Source: Octopus sinensis (taxonomy: Eukaryota). Taken from it: 64,000 bases of DNA. Where the stretch lies: positions 3,534,001 through 3,598,000 of the forward strand of contig NC_043003.1 in assembly GCF_006345805.1 (NCBI RefSeq), read 5' to 3'. Shown here one piece after another: positions 48,223 through 59,563 of the stretch. Both the position numbers and the translations under genes were made by a program. Position 1 is the stretch's first letter. Each line of letters opens with the position of its first letter. The notes beneath the pieces were generated by a model. It was not told the DNA's origin. It saw only the letters and a program-made list of their open reading frames with translations, and made no database searches.

Positions 48223-49194
48223 CGACGAGCTCGGGGCGAACCTGGACGTCGACAAGGAATACCTGACTCGCCTGTTCGGGACAACTTTTGGGCCAGGGCC
48301 CATGGACAACTTCCAGAGATCCCTGGCCTGGCAGTGCTACCGAGAAGCGCTACCCATTCGGGATAAGCTCTACAGACACTGCTCAAGAAACACGGGCCCG
48401 ATCTGCCCGAGATGCGGTCAGAGCGACGAAACCGTTCTGCACGCACTCGTGCAGTGTCCAACAATTTCCGACCTGTGGGCTTATGTCGAACAACTGCTGT
48501 CACGTGTGGGACGAGTCGGTTTATCAGCTGAGTCTATCGTCAATATTGTCACGCCTCCTTCCTTCAAACGGGAAGGAAGAGCTATTTTCATCATCCTTGT
48601 GGCTATGGTGAAAGAATGTATCTGGTGGACGCGTCTGAAAGGATTGGAGACAAACACTTTCCTCTCTGGTCAACCTCTCATCAACTTCTTCAAGTACCAC
48701 TTGAAGAGGAAAGTGAGAGTAGAGAGGCAAGTTTTGTCTAGCGAACATTTTAAAAAAAGATGGATGAATGTAGCAAAGATGGCATGTATGAATGACGAAG
48801 CCACCTTGAGCATGATCCTATGAACCCAGAAATTGAAAACAGAGGGTTACCCACTTGCAAACAAATGTGGTAACATATAACAATATTGACCAAGGTTACC
48901 GTGGTCTTTTTCGTAGGCTTTTCTTCCCACGGATAAACCTTACTTGCTTTCCCCTTTACACCATACATCATGACACTGTGATACACGATCCCTATTGATC
49001 CTTTTTTCATTTTTCTTTTCTTTTGTTCCTTTCCCTTTTTCTTTTTTTCTTTTCCTTTTTTTTCCCCCCCTTTACGATCCCTTTTGATCGAAAACCTACG
49101 CCACCTTTTTTTTTTTTTTCATCCCCCAAAAGAAAAGCTCTACCTTGTAACTTGTCCCATCTGTGTGCAGCCCTGTGTGGCCAATAAAGAAACT
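48223..49194 (+). mobile_element. L1/Tx1-clade LINE 3' end embedded in (TATC)n
   Basis: Open frame to 48823 with zinc-finger-like REALPIRDKL..CPRC..DETVLHALVQC; AATAAA at 49183; (TATC)n on both sides. Confidence 0.8.
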
Positions 49195-49240
49195 TATCTA
49201 TCTCTCTCTATATATATATGTTTGTCTATCTATCTATCTA

Positions 49241-49272
<32 letters not shown>

Positions 49273-49321
49273 GTCTGTCTATCTATCTATCTATCTATCT
49301 TTCTATCTATCTATCTATCTA

Positions 49322-49355
<34 letters not shown>

Positions 49356-49564
49356 TGTCTATCTATCTATCTTTCTATCTATCTGTCTAAAATGTAGGGG
49401 CAGGTGTGGCCGTGTGGTAAGAAGCTTGCTTCCCAACTACATGGCTCCTGGTTCAGTTCCACAGTGTGGCACCATGCTCAAGTGTTTTCTAATATTGCCT
49501 CAGGCCAACCAAAGCCTTGTGGGTGGAATTGGTAGGCAGAAACTGAAAGAAGCCCGTTATATAC

Positions 49565-49598
<34 letters not shown>

Positions 49599-49607
49599 AC
49601 ATATATA

Positions 49608-50455
49608 TTGGGTCATCCCATAAAAAAATGTGGATTTTTATACTTCTTTTATTTTTCAAAATTAAGATAAAGTTCTTTTTTAATCTTAAATATACTCTCC
49701 TTCATTTTCTACAATGCTCTTCCATCTATCTGGTAGATTTGCAAACCCCCTCTTCCAAAATTTACTTGTCCGTGATGAAAAATACTCCTCCAGTATTGTT
49801 CTCACCTTGTCTACTGAATTCATATTTTTTACATCCAAATGGTTTTGAAGACTGCGGAATAAATGATAATTAGATGGCGCAATGTCCAGCGAATATGATG
49901 GGTGGGGCATCGTTTCTCATTTAAACTGCTGCAGCCTTTGGAATTCCATCCTCGCTGTATGTGTCTGAGCATTATCCTGATGGAAGAACACTTTTCATCT
50001 CGAAACCAAAGATGGTCATTTTTCTTCTAGCACAGGTGTTGATGAATAGTTGAATGACCAAATCCAAGCTTCTTAGCTAGTTCCTCAAGTTATGATGGGA
50101 TTTTGTTCCACCAGGGTTTGCAGGTCGTCCTTATCAAACTCTACAGATCTTCCAGGACAAGGTTTGTCTTCTAGGCTGTAGTTTCCAGCTCAGAATTTCT
50201 GGAACCACCGTTGACACAGGCTTACGCTTATTGTCCGATCCCCATATACTGCATTAATATTCCTTGCACTATCCGTTACGTTGTTGCCTTTATTGAACTC
50301 TTAAAGCAAAATATGCCGAATATGCTCCTTTGTCACTTCCATTACAGCTTTGAAAAAATAACTGTTAAAGTTGAACTGCACTCTGTTTATCCCGTCCACC
50401 TCCGACTTTTAGTTCATGCAATTGAAGAAACGCATTATTTATAGGATGACCCCAA
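49608..50455 (-). mobile_element. Internally deleted mariner element
   Basis: Ends TTGGGTCATCCCATAA and TTATAGGATGACCCCAA, TA on both sides; relic HPSYSLDIAPSNYHLFRSLQNHL. Confidence 0.88.
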
Positions 50456-51084
50456 TATATATATATATTTATAAAAGTTTCTAATGTAAATATGTGAATG
50501 AAAATGAAGTTTAGTGGGGAGCTAAAAGCTTACTGAACCTTTTGATACCCTATTCAACAAAACTGGCAACTCAGGTTTGGAATGCATAAAGAACATAGGC
50601 ACCCCCACCCCCCACACACTAACTAGATGTACTCTTTTTACTCTTTATTCTTTTCCTTGTTTCAGTCATTTGACAAGTAGAAGAATAAAAGAATATATAC
50701 ACACACACATACACACATACATACAAAAATGCGTGTGTGTGTGTGTATACACAAGTATATGTTTATATACATGTGTGAGTGTGTGAATCTGTGTATAAAA
50801 ATATATTTATATTTCAGGAACGATTTTTTTAAAAATTAAGAATTATTAATTATATTAAAAAAATGTTAGAAAAACACAATGGCTCTTACCTGTTTTGAAG
50901 GAAGTTTCTGTACTCTCTGCCCGTGTGGTTTCACTAGCAAGTTTTTATGTCATCGTACGACTGCGTTCAACCAAACAATTGAATGTCATACATTGCTGAT
51001 CACGAAAGGCTATCAATTTTTTGGGTTAAGTGATTTTTTTTCTAAATTGGGAGCGGCCAAAATTATATATATATATATATATAT

Positions 51085-54000
51085 ATTTCTTTTTTCTAGT
51101 TTCAGCTCAGAGCTGCAGCCATGCTGATGCACTGCTGTTTTGTGCTACACTGTTATTACGAAGAACCTCCTCTAATATGTGGTACTTGGTGAAGAATGGA
51201 GTTTAATACAGCTACTCTCATTTGCACCACTTGCCGTGAGGTAGGTTCATCTGGGACTCTTGACAGGAAGATGTCCAGCTTTGATTTAAAAACCGCTACA
51301 TCTACTTTGGGCAAGTTCCTCAGACTCTTTGGGAGAATATTAAAAAGCTGTGGGCCCTTGAAACCCAGGCTGTTGCAGTAGCTGGTCCTGAAGTGTGATG
51401 GCATTGCTGGGATCTTTGGTACTATGCAGTGTCGTCCTGTTCTAGCATTGGTGTAGCTTACAATGCCAAAATTTGGCACAATTCCTTCCAGGACCTTCCA
51501 GATATATATTACTGCATACCTCTCCCATCTTCTCTCCAGGGAGTAGAGTCTTAGCTGTTTCAACCTTTCCCAGTAGCTGAGCAGTTGCAAAGAGACGATC
51601 TTCTTTGTGAATCTTCTCTGGATTGCTTCAAGGTCCGCTGTTAATTTCACACTGGTGGGTGACCATAGCTGTGAGCAGTAATCCAGGCGACTGAGGACGA
51701 ATGTCTGCCAGAGAACCATCATGGTTTCCTTATCTCTGGTTCTGAATGTTCTTAGCATCCACCCAGCCAGTCGTCTGCACTTTGTCGCCATCCTGGTAAT
51801 GTGCACTTGGAAAGAGGTATCATCACTCATGTCGATACCCAGGTCCCTCACAGACTTAGGCTCTGGGATTGAAATTCCTTGTGGACCGGTGTACTCTGTA
51901 AGTTTAATATTCAGTTTTGGATGCTGGTAGTGCAGGGCCTGGAATTTTTCAGCATTAAACTGCATATTATTATCCTCAGCCCATCTGTAGATTGAGTCCA
52001 ACTCCTGCTGCCGGTGTGCAACATCGCTGGGGTTCTGTATTTTCTGCGAGACTTTCGTATCATTTGCATAGCTTGCCAGAGTGGCTATCCGGGCATTTGA
52101 GGGCATATCTGAGAGGGCCACTATAAAAAGCAGTGGTCCCAAGACAGTGCCCTGTTTGTGTGTTCCTAGAGGTGGCTTCATTAACCACTACTGCCTGACT
52201 CCTATCTTTCAGGAAGTCATGTTTTCCAGCTATGCCGAGGTCACACAGTTTGTGGCATATCATACCATGATCCAACTTGTCAAAAGCTTTTGTAAAATCA
52301 AGGTAGATTACGTCCACATTTGATTTGTTGAGTAACTGCCTCAACCCCCAGTCATAATGTTGTAAGAGCTGGGTCAGGCAGCTCCTACCTGGTCGAAAAC
52401 CATGCTGGGTATCACTCAGCAAATCTTTTTTTTCAAGGAATGTGATTAGTTTCCCTCTGACTATCCTTTCCATGACTTTGCTGATGTGTGAAGTCAGAGA
52501 GATAGGCCTATAGTTTTTGGCATCTGCTCTACTTCCCCCTTTATGTATTGGGCATATTATTCCCTCCTTCAGCTTGCTTGGCAGTTTGCCATTTGTAAGA
52601 AAGATCTGGAAGAGAATCTTGAGGGGTTTTGCCAGGGCATGCTGACACGCTTTCAGGAGGATTGCTGGGAAACCGTTTGGACCAGCAGCTGAGTTTGTGT
52701 CCACTTCATCTATGGCTAGTAGGACATCTTCTTCGCTATTGTCAATGTATTCTATTATAACTGCCTCGCTGGTTATAGGTGAGGTGGCAAAGAAGTCCAC
52801 TGGTTCGTTCACTTGTCTGTGTTCCAATGGGGTGGTAAAGACACTTTTGAACTGGTCATTCAGTATCTCACTGATCTTAGTTGGACTGTCTGTGAGGGAG
52901 CCATCCTTTTGGAGTAGGGGTCCTATCTTGTAGTGCACTGAGACTGTTTCTTTCGCGTAATGAAAGAAGGCCTTTGGGTTTGATTTAATGTTTTTTATAA
53001 CCCAGGCTTCTTTGTCTGCTTTCTCCCTCACATAGGATTGTTGCAGCCTTTTTTCAATCTCCATCAGTGTTGTTTTTAGGCAGGATGTTTCGCTACTTTT
53101 GGGATGTTGGTTGAGTCGATTTGCAACCTTCGTCCGTCGTCTCATGAGGATCTTCCTGTCCCTTGGAATCTTGCTCTTATTTGTTTTAGCCTTGTGCTCT
53201 GGGACATATTTCTGGCATATGGCTTGCACAGAAGACATGAAACATTCTAGTTTCATGTCAATGTCTGGTGTGGAGAGACATTCCGGCCAGTCTTCTCTGA
53301 GGATCTCTTTTTGGATCGATTTCCAATCTGCTTTGTGGAAGTTCAGATTGGAGAGATTTCGGGTGCTTCCTTTAGGCTGTATGTCTCTGGTTAATTTCGG
53401 CCCAAACATAGCTCTATTATGTTGTGATCCGAGACTAATGTCGGTGTCACTTTCACATCATGAATGATGTCCATATTGTTCATGAAGCAGAAATCCAGAA
53501 TGTTATTCGCCCTAGTTGGTTTAAGTACAACTTGCTCCATGAATAAGGCATTAGTGAGGTTGAGCAGATGCTCCACCTGTACTTGCTTGCAATGATTCAT
53601 TCCTGAGAGTATGAGACCTTCGGGCCATTTGGCATTGGGGAAGTTGAAATCACCCATAAGAAATATGGGTACATGGTGTTCCAGATTCATGAGGATTTCT
53701 TTAATTCTTGTGAAGCAATCTTCAAACTTGCCTATGTGATTTGGGGCATCCGGTGGGGAATATGTTTTGCATATGACTATATTATGTTGTCTTATGTATA
53801 CAATTAAAGTGTCACATACCGAATTTGAGTATGTCAGTAAGACCTGGGGTGTGAGGTCATCCCGGATGTATACAGCAACTCCAGCATGGCTCCTTTCCCT
53901 TCTGTCTGTTCGCAGTATGGCATAGTTTGATATGTGTACTTCTGCGTCCTCTATATCAGGGTTGAGGTGAGTTTCCACAAGTGCTATGCATAGGGCTTGA

Positions 54001-54195
54001 TTGCATGCAGTAAAATCTCTCAGGAAAGAAATTTTATTTCTATTTTGATGCAACAGGCCCCCAATATTTAGTAAAAGTATTGGGGTGACGGCTGTGCAGG
54101 CGTTAGGGGAGGCCATCCCATGTCTGTTGACTGTGGTGGTGGTCGTCTTGCATAGTGGTGGGCAGGGTTCCTTCTTTGTGCTTGGTGTAGGCCAG
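51085..54195 (-). mobile_element. CR1/L2-group LINE, ORF2 (APE + RT) broken by frameshifts, 3' end intact
   Basis: APE motifs (LVETHL, RTDR..GVAVY, MGDFNFP, PTR.NNILD, SDH); RT motifs (YRPISLTS, QHGFRPGRSC, YLDFTKAFD, QGTVLGPLLF, YAND); tail GCATGGCTGCAGCTCTGAGCTGAAACTAGAAAAAA. Confidence 0.92.
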
Positions 54196-54479
54196 CCTCG
54201 CCTGGCCCCCATGCCGGTGGCATGTAAAAGCACCATCCGTTCATGGCCGTTTGCCAGCTCTGTCTGGCACCTGTGCTGGTGGCACGTAAAAAGCACCCAT
54301 TACACTCACGGAGTGGTTGGCGTTAGGAAGGGCATCCAGCCGTAGAAACACTGCCAGATCTGACTGGGCCTGATGGAGCCTTCCGGCTTCACAGACCCCA
54401 GTTGAACTGTCCAACCCATGCTAGCATGGAAAACGGATGCTAAATGATGATGATGATGATGATGATGATGATATATATA

Positions 54480-54876
54480 TCTTTATATATAAAAGTCAAG
54501 TTGTGTGTCTGTCTCCTACGATTTAGATTCCTAACTACTCCCACATTTTGTGGTGCAGTTTAACCAAAACCGGGTATCTTATAGTCGTGATTCATATCGA
54601 GCCCTTCTGGGTATTAGCGCGCGTCTACGATGAGTCTACGATTTAAAAAAAAATTACCATAATTTTTTTCCATTTTAATGCATTTTTTCGCTATTATATA
54701 AGGGAAGTAACTCTCTAAAAATGTGTACGATGAGTCAACGATTTAAAAAAAAATTTACCATCATTTTTTTCCCATTTTTAATGCATTTTTTTGCTATTTT
54801 TTGGCTATAACTCTCTAAAAATGCTTATATAGTTATTTCCCTTACAAACCCGAGCAATGCCGGGCGATACTGCTAG
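54480..54876 (+). mobile_element. Non-autonomous Helitron, copy 2
   Basis: A|TCTTTATATAT..CCCGAGCAATGCCGGG..CTAG|T; highly similar to copies 1 and 3. Confidence 0.85.
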
Positions 54877-55194
54877 TATATATATATATATATATTATAT
54901 ATATATATAATATAATATATAATATATATATATAAATAAACACTTTGTCTCCTGTTGCTGTGTGATCACATTGTCACTAGATGTGTTGATGTGTTGTAAA
55001 CTGAGCACCTGTTAGGTAACGTCAATTTGATGAAAAAGGTAAGCTCATAATTTTGACTATAAACAAATCATTTGAGTTGAACAACCTGATCTCACTGTCA
55101 ATGTGAGGATTCCATCAGATATATATGTATATATGTATATATGTATATATTTATATATGTATATATGTATATATGTATATATATATATATATTC

Positions 55195-55545
55195 TTCTTC
55201 TACCTCCATTTTTCCACTTGTGTCGCCACCGCTTACACCTACACAGACATTCACCACTTCTCAACATGCCTGACTTCTACTCTTCTGTCTTTGAAAACAT
55301 CTTTCTTCACCCTTTTCCTTCCGGTCTTTCAAAATGTGACCTCGTGTGTACCGTTGGCGATGTTTTTTTCCTCTGTCTTCCTTTCTCTGGATCTTTCCTT
55401 CTCCTATGTTTCTGACGAAGAGCTCCGCTCGAAACGTTAAACCCTCCTTCTTCCCTTCTTTCCTGAGCGTCCAATAATACTATATTTGTCCCACGTCCTC
55501 GCGTTGTTGTGTTTTTTTTGTGCTTTCTTGTTTGGATTAACTATA
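55195..55545 (+). mobile_element. CT-rich hammerhead-bearing short element (Penelope pLTR-like), copy 1
   Basis: Holds the intact hammerhead; (TA)n on both sides; downstream CTGAGCGT box shared with copies 2-4. Confidence 0.6.
55408..55442 (+). ncRNA. Minimal type-I hammerhead ribozyme motif of Penelope type
   Basis: GTTT-CTGACGA-A-GAGC-TCC-GCTC-GAAAC-GTT-AAAC: core boxes intact, stem II GAGC/GCTC, stem I GTTT/AAAC, palindromic AACGTT in place of stem III. Confidence 0.75.
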
Positions 55546-55563
55546 TATATATATGTATATATG

Positions 55564-55631
<68 letters not shown>

Positions 55632-55899
55632 TATATGTGTATATATATATATACATATATATATATATTTAATGTAGGATAAAATTTTTACAAAAAAAAA
55701 TTTTATCAATGGCCAGCATATTAAAAAATACCTTTAAAGGTTAAATTTATAAACAACTTATAAATAAGGGCAAACGAAAAAATTTCTAATGCCAAATATG
55801 CTGAAATTAGACATATTGTCCATAACCATTATAATTTTTTTTTCACACTATGCACACTACTCAAAAAGTATTTATAAGTTGCATATATATATATATATA

Positions 55900-56250
55900 C
55901 TTTATTTAAAGCAGCAGAAAATTCAATTGCCCTCTGCCCTCCAATCCCATGCCCAACTACCAACAGACTGTGTCCTCCACTATTAATGACCTCATTTCCT
56001 CCTCTCATCTTTCTCTCTCTCTCACAACCTCTAACCTCATTACCCACACTCCATGCGTTCCCACTATTTACTTCCTTCCCCTTCGCCATGAAGGATTGCT
56101 GAAATCTACAAGTTTTTTTTTCATTCTCTCTCTGTTTATTTTCTCTTGTTCCTTTCTGCTGAAGAGCGTAGGCTCGAAATGTAAAATACTTTTACATTTT
56201 CCTGAGCATCAAACTAACACACCTGCTTGTTGTTCATACACCTGTCTCTG
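55900..56250 (+). mobile_element. Hammerhead-bearing short element, copy 2
   Basis: CTTT-CTGCTGA-AGAGC-GTAG-GCTC-GAAAT-GTA-AAA at 56152-56186; flanks similar to copy 3. Confidence 0.55.
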
Positions 56251-57394
56251 TCTTTTGTATCTCTAAAAATTTCAACAAGGAGTTGCAGTGTGGTAAGAAG
56301 GTTCCTCCAACAGAGCACCCTGCTCCTTCATTGGAGGGAGAGAGGGAGAAGGTCGAGGAGGAGGTAACCTCCTCGAAAAAAGGAATAAAAAGAAAGAAGG
56401 TGGGCAACAATGGTTGCCCACCGATGGATCCTGAGGCGGCGGGGGAGGGAAGGAGGGATCTACGGACAAGTCAGAGAAACCTCACCCTCCCACCGTGAAA
56501 AAGGGGAAAAAAAAATAAAAACGAGGCATCACTGGTGGCTGCATGCCTTGAAACTCCTTTGGTGGGATGTGTGCCACCGGAGTGGGAGAAGAAGATAACC
56601 TCGTTGGTGGGATGTGTGCCACCAAGTGAGAGAGTTGAGGCCCCTTCCAGTGAAAGTGGTGAAGAATATATGTTCTTATACCTCTGGGGAGGGGCTATTG
56701 ACAATTTCGTAGAAACGGAGATGGATAGGCGGGTTCTGATGGACCCGACTTTTATTGACAAACCAGAGTGGCCTCTGCAGGTGACTGCTCTGGTACTGGA
56801 AAAAAAAGTACTGCAATTTTATAAGTAACTCATATAAAAATGAGAAATATAGAATGCATTTTTGGGACCCCGGATTGCAGTTGCAGGAAAGCCTACAGAT
56901 TGCAAGAGAACTGCTCGGGGAAGGGTTGTAGAGGTTAGTTGCCTCAAGTTGAATATGAATTGTATATTATATTTGTATGGACTTTTTTAAGTCCAAATAT
57001 TGTATTTTAAAAATTGTAAGAGGGTTAAGACCTCAGTTTATGTGTTTTGTAAAGAACAATGTTATAGAGAAGCAGAGGGTCGGCAGGTGGTTTCTGGCTT
57101 CTCCCATCTTTTTCATTAGTGTATCATTATCATTCATCTCATTAATGTTTGTGTCCAGCCTGGAAAGCTACATTATCTGTGTTCTGCCTTCATGGCAATG
57201 CAAGAAATAAAGTAGGTTGCTTACCAGCCACATGGTTCTGGGTTCATTCCCACTGCATGGCACCTTGGGCAAGTGTCTTATAAAGCCGCGGGCCAACCAA
57301 AGCCTTGCGAGTGGATTTGGTAATGGAAACTGAAAGAAGCCTGTTGTATATATATTTGAACCGTTTGAACTTTTCTAGACTTTTTTGTACTTTC

Positions 57395-57745
57395 TGCTTC
57401 TTCCTATTGTTGTTTCTCTCAATCCACACTTGTTACCTTGCCTCTCTCTCCCTCTCTTTCTTTTTCCCTTTTGTCTTCTCTTCTCTCTTTATTCCCCTTT
57501 CTCTTTGTTTATCTTCCCTTCTTCCTAGCTCTCCTGTCTGACCACCTCTGTCCGGCATTCGCCATGATAGATCGCTGGCCACTAAACCTTTTTCCTATTT
57601 TCTCTCCCTGTTTATTTCTGTGTTCCTTTCTGTTGAAGAGCTTAGGCTCGGAACGTAAAAGATTTTCTCACCATCCTGAGCGTTAAACTAATACACCTGC
57701 TTGTTGTTTACACACCTGTCTTCGTCTTTTGTTTTTTAGTAAATC

Positions 57746-57750
<5 letters not shown>
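57395..57750 (+). mobile_element. Hammerhead-bearing short element, copy 3
   Basis: CTTT-CTGTTGA-AGAGC-TTAG-GCTC-GGAAC-GTA-AAAG at 57626-57661; ends at (TA)n. Confidence 0.55.
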
Positions 57751-57792
<42 letters not shown>

Positions 57793-58604
57793 GTGTGTGT
57801 ATGTGTGTGTGTGTGTGTGTGTGTATGTTTGTGTGTCTGTGTTTGTCCCCCCAAAATCGCTTGACAACCGATGCTGGTGTGTTTACATGCCCGTAACTTA
57901 GTAGTTCTGCAAAATAGACTGATAGGATAAGTACTAGGCTTACAAAGAATAAGATCTGGGGTCGATATGCTTGACTAAAGGTAGTGCTCCAGCATGGCTG
58001 CAGTCAAATGACTGAAACAAATAAAAAACAATAATAGAATATATACATTGTATATATCTGATGCACCCTACATACACAAACACCTTTCAGACCCCACATG
58101 ACCCCCTCTTTTTAGTGACTTTCCCCACACACTTTATTAAAAAAACATTTTATTCTATTTTATATTTGTTTATTTTCTTTTTATTTTTATTACTGATTTA
58201 GTTATATAATCTTTTTCATTTTGTATTATTTTTATTTTTATTTTCTATTATTTTTTTATTATTTGTTTTATTTTTCACTTGTATTTTTGATTAATTTTTT
58301 CACATAGTCAAGTGAAGTCCTTGTCGTGGCTAATGACAGTACCATATGATTGGAACCTGTGCCGGTGGCACGTAAAAAGCACCATTCGAACATGGTCAGT
58401 GCCAGTACTGCTTGACTGGCCCTCGTGCCAGTGGCATGTAAAAAGCACCCACTACACTCTCGGAGTGGTTGGCGTTAGGAAGGGCATCCAGCTGTAGAAA
58501 CCTTGCCAGATCAGATTGGAGCCTGGTGCAGCCATCTGGTTCGCCAGTCCTCAGTCAAACCATCCAACCCATGCCAGCATGGAAAACAGATGTTAAACAA
58601 TGAT

Positions 58605-59270
58605 GATGACACACACACACACATACACACGCCTTCATATGCATGCGCTCACTCATATACATATATGCACACACACACACACACACATGTACATATACCT
58701 CCCACACACACAACCCTCTACACACACAACACACATACACACACACACACATGTACATACATACACTTTGACACACACTCACATGCCCATAGGCACACAC
58801 ACACATACCCACACGCAAGCACGTACACACAGACATTCTTTTATCCTTTTACCTGCTTCAGCCATTTGACTGCGGCCATGCTGGAGCACCACCTTTTCTT
58901 GAATAAAATGACACCAGCACTTAGTCTTTGTAAGCCTACTACTTATTTTGTCGGCCTCTTTTGCCATACCACTAATTTAAGGGGACATAAACACACCAAC
59001 AGCGGTTGTCAAGTGATGGTGGGGGGCACAAACACAGGCACACAAACATATACATACACACATATATATACATAAATACATATATATATATACATGTGCA
59101 TACACACACACATGTGCATGCACCACCATACACACATGCAGTTACTGCCACACACACACATGCTACCATATATACACACACATACACATGCACGCACCAC
59201 CACACACACACATGCAGTTACTGCTACACACACACTCAATTACTGCTACACACACACACACACACACACA
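58605..59270. repeat. Compound (CA)n-rich tract interrupted by a SINE A fragment
   Basis: Read directly. Confidence 0.9.
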
Positions 59271-59540
59271 TAGTGATCATCTTCACACTCTCCCATCCCA
59301 GGAACCATTTTTTTTTTTCTCCTTCTACTTCTGGTCCCTACAGAAATGTAATCACACGTGGACTGTGGGCGATTTTTCCTCATTTTCCCTTCTTTTCCTT
59401 TGGACTTTCCTGTTTCCGATGAAGAGTTATGCTCGAAATATTAACACCAGCTCTCTCCCTTCACTGAGCATCAAATTAACATATTTCTTGTGCACTTCCT
59501 CATTTTTGTTTTTCTTTCTTTTTACTCTGTTTTTTAATTG
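59270..59540 (+). mobile_element. Hammerhead-bearing short element, copy 4 (degenerate)
   Basis: GTTT-CCGATGA-AGAG-TTAT-GCTC-GAAAT-ATT-AAC at 59412-59445. Confidence 0.5.
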
Positions 59541-59563
59541 ATTGTTGATTTGAATTGATTATA

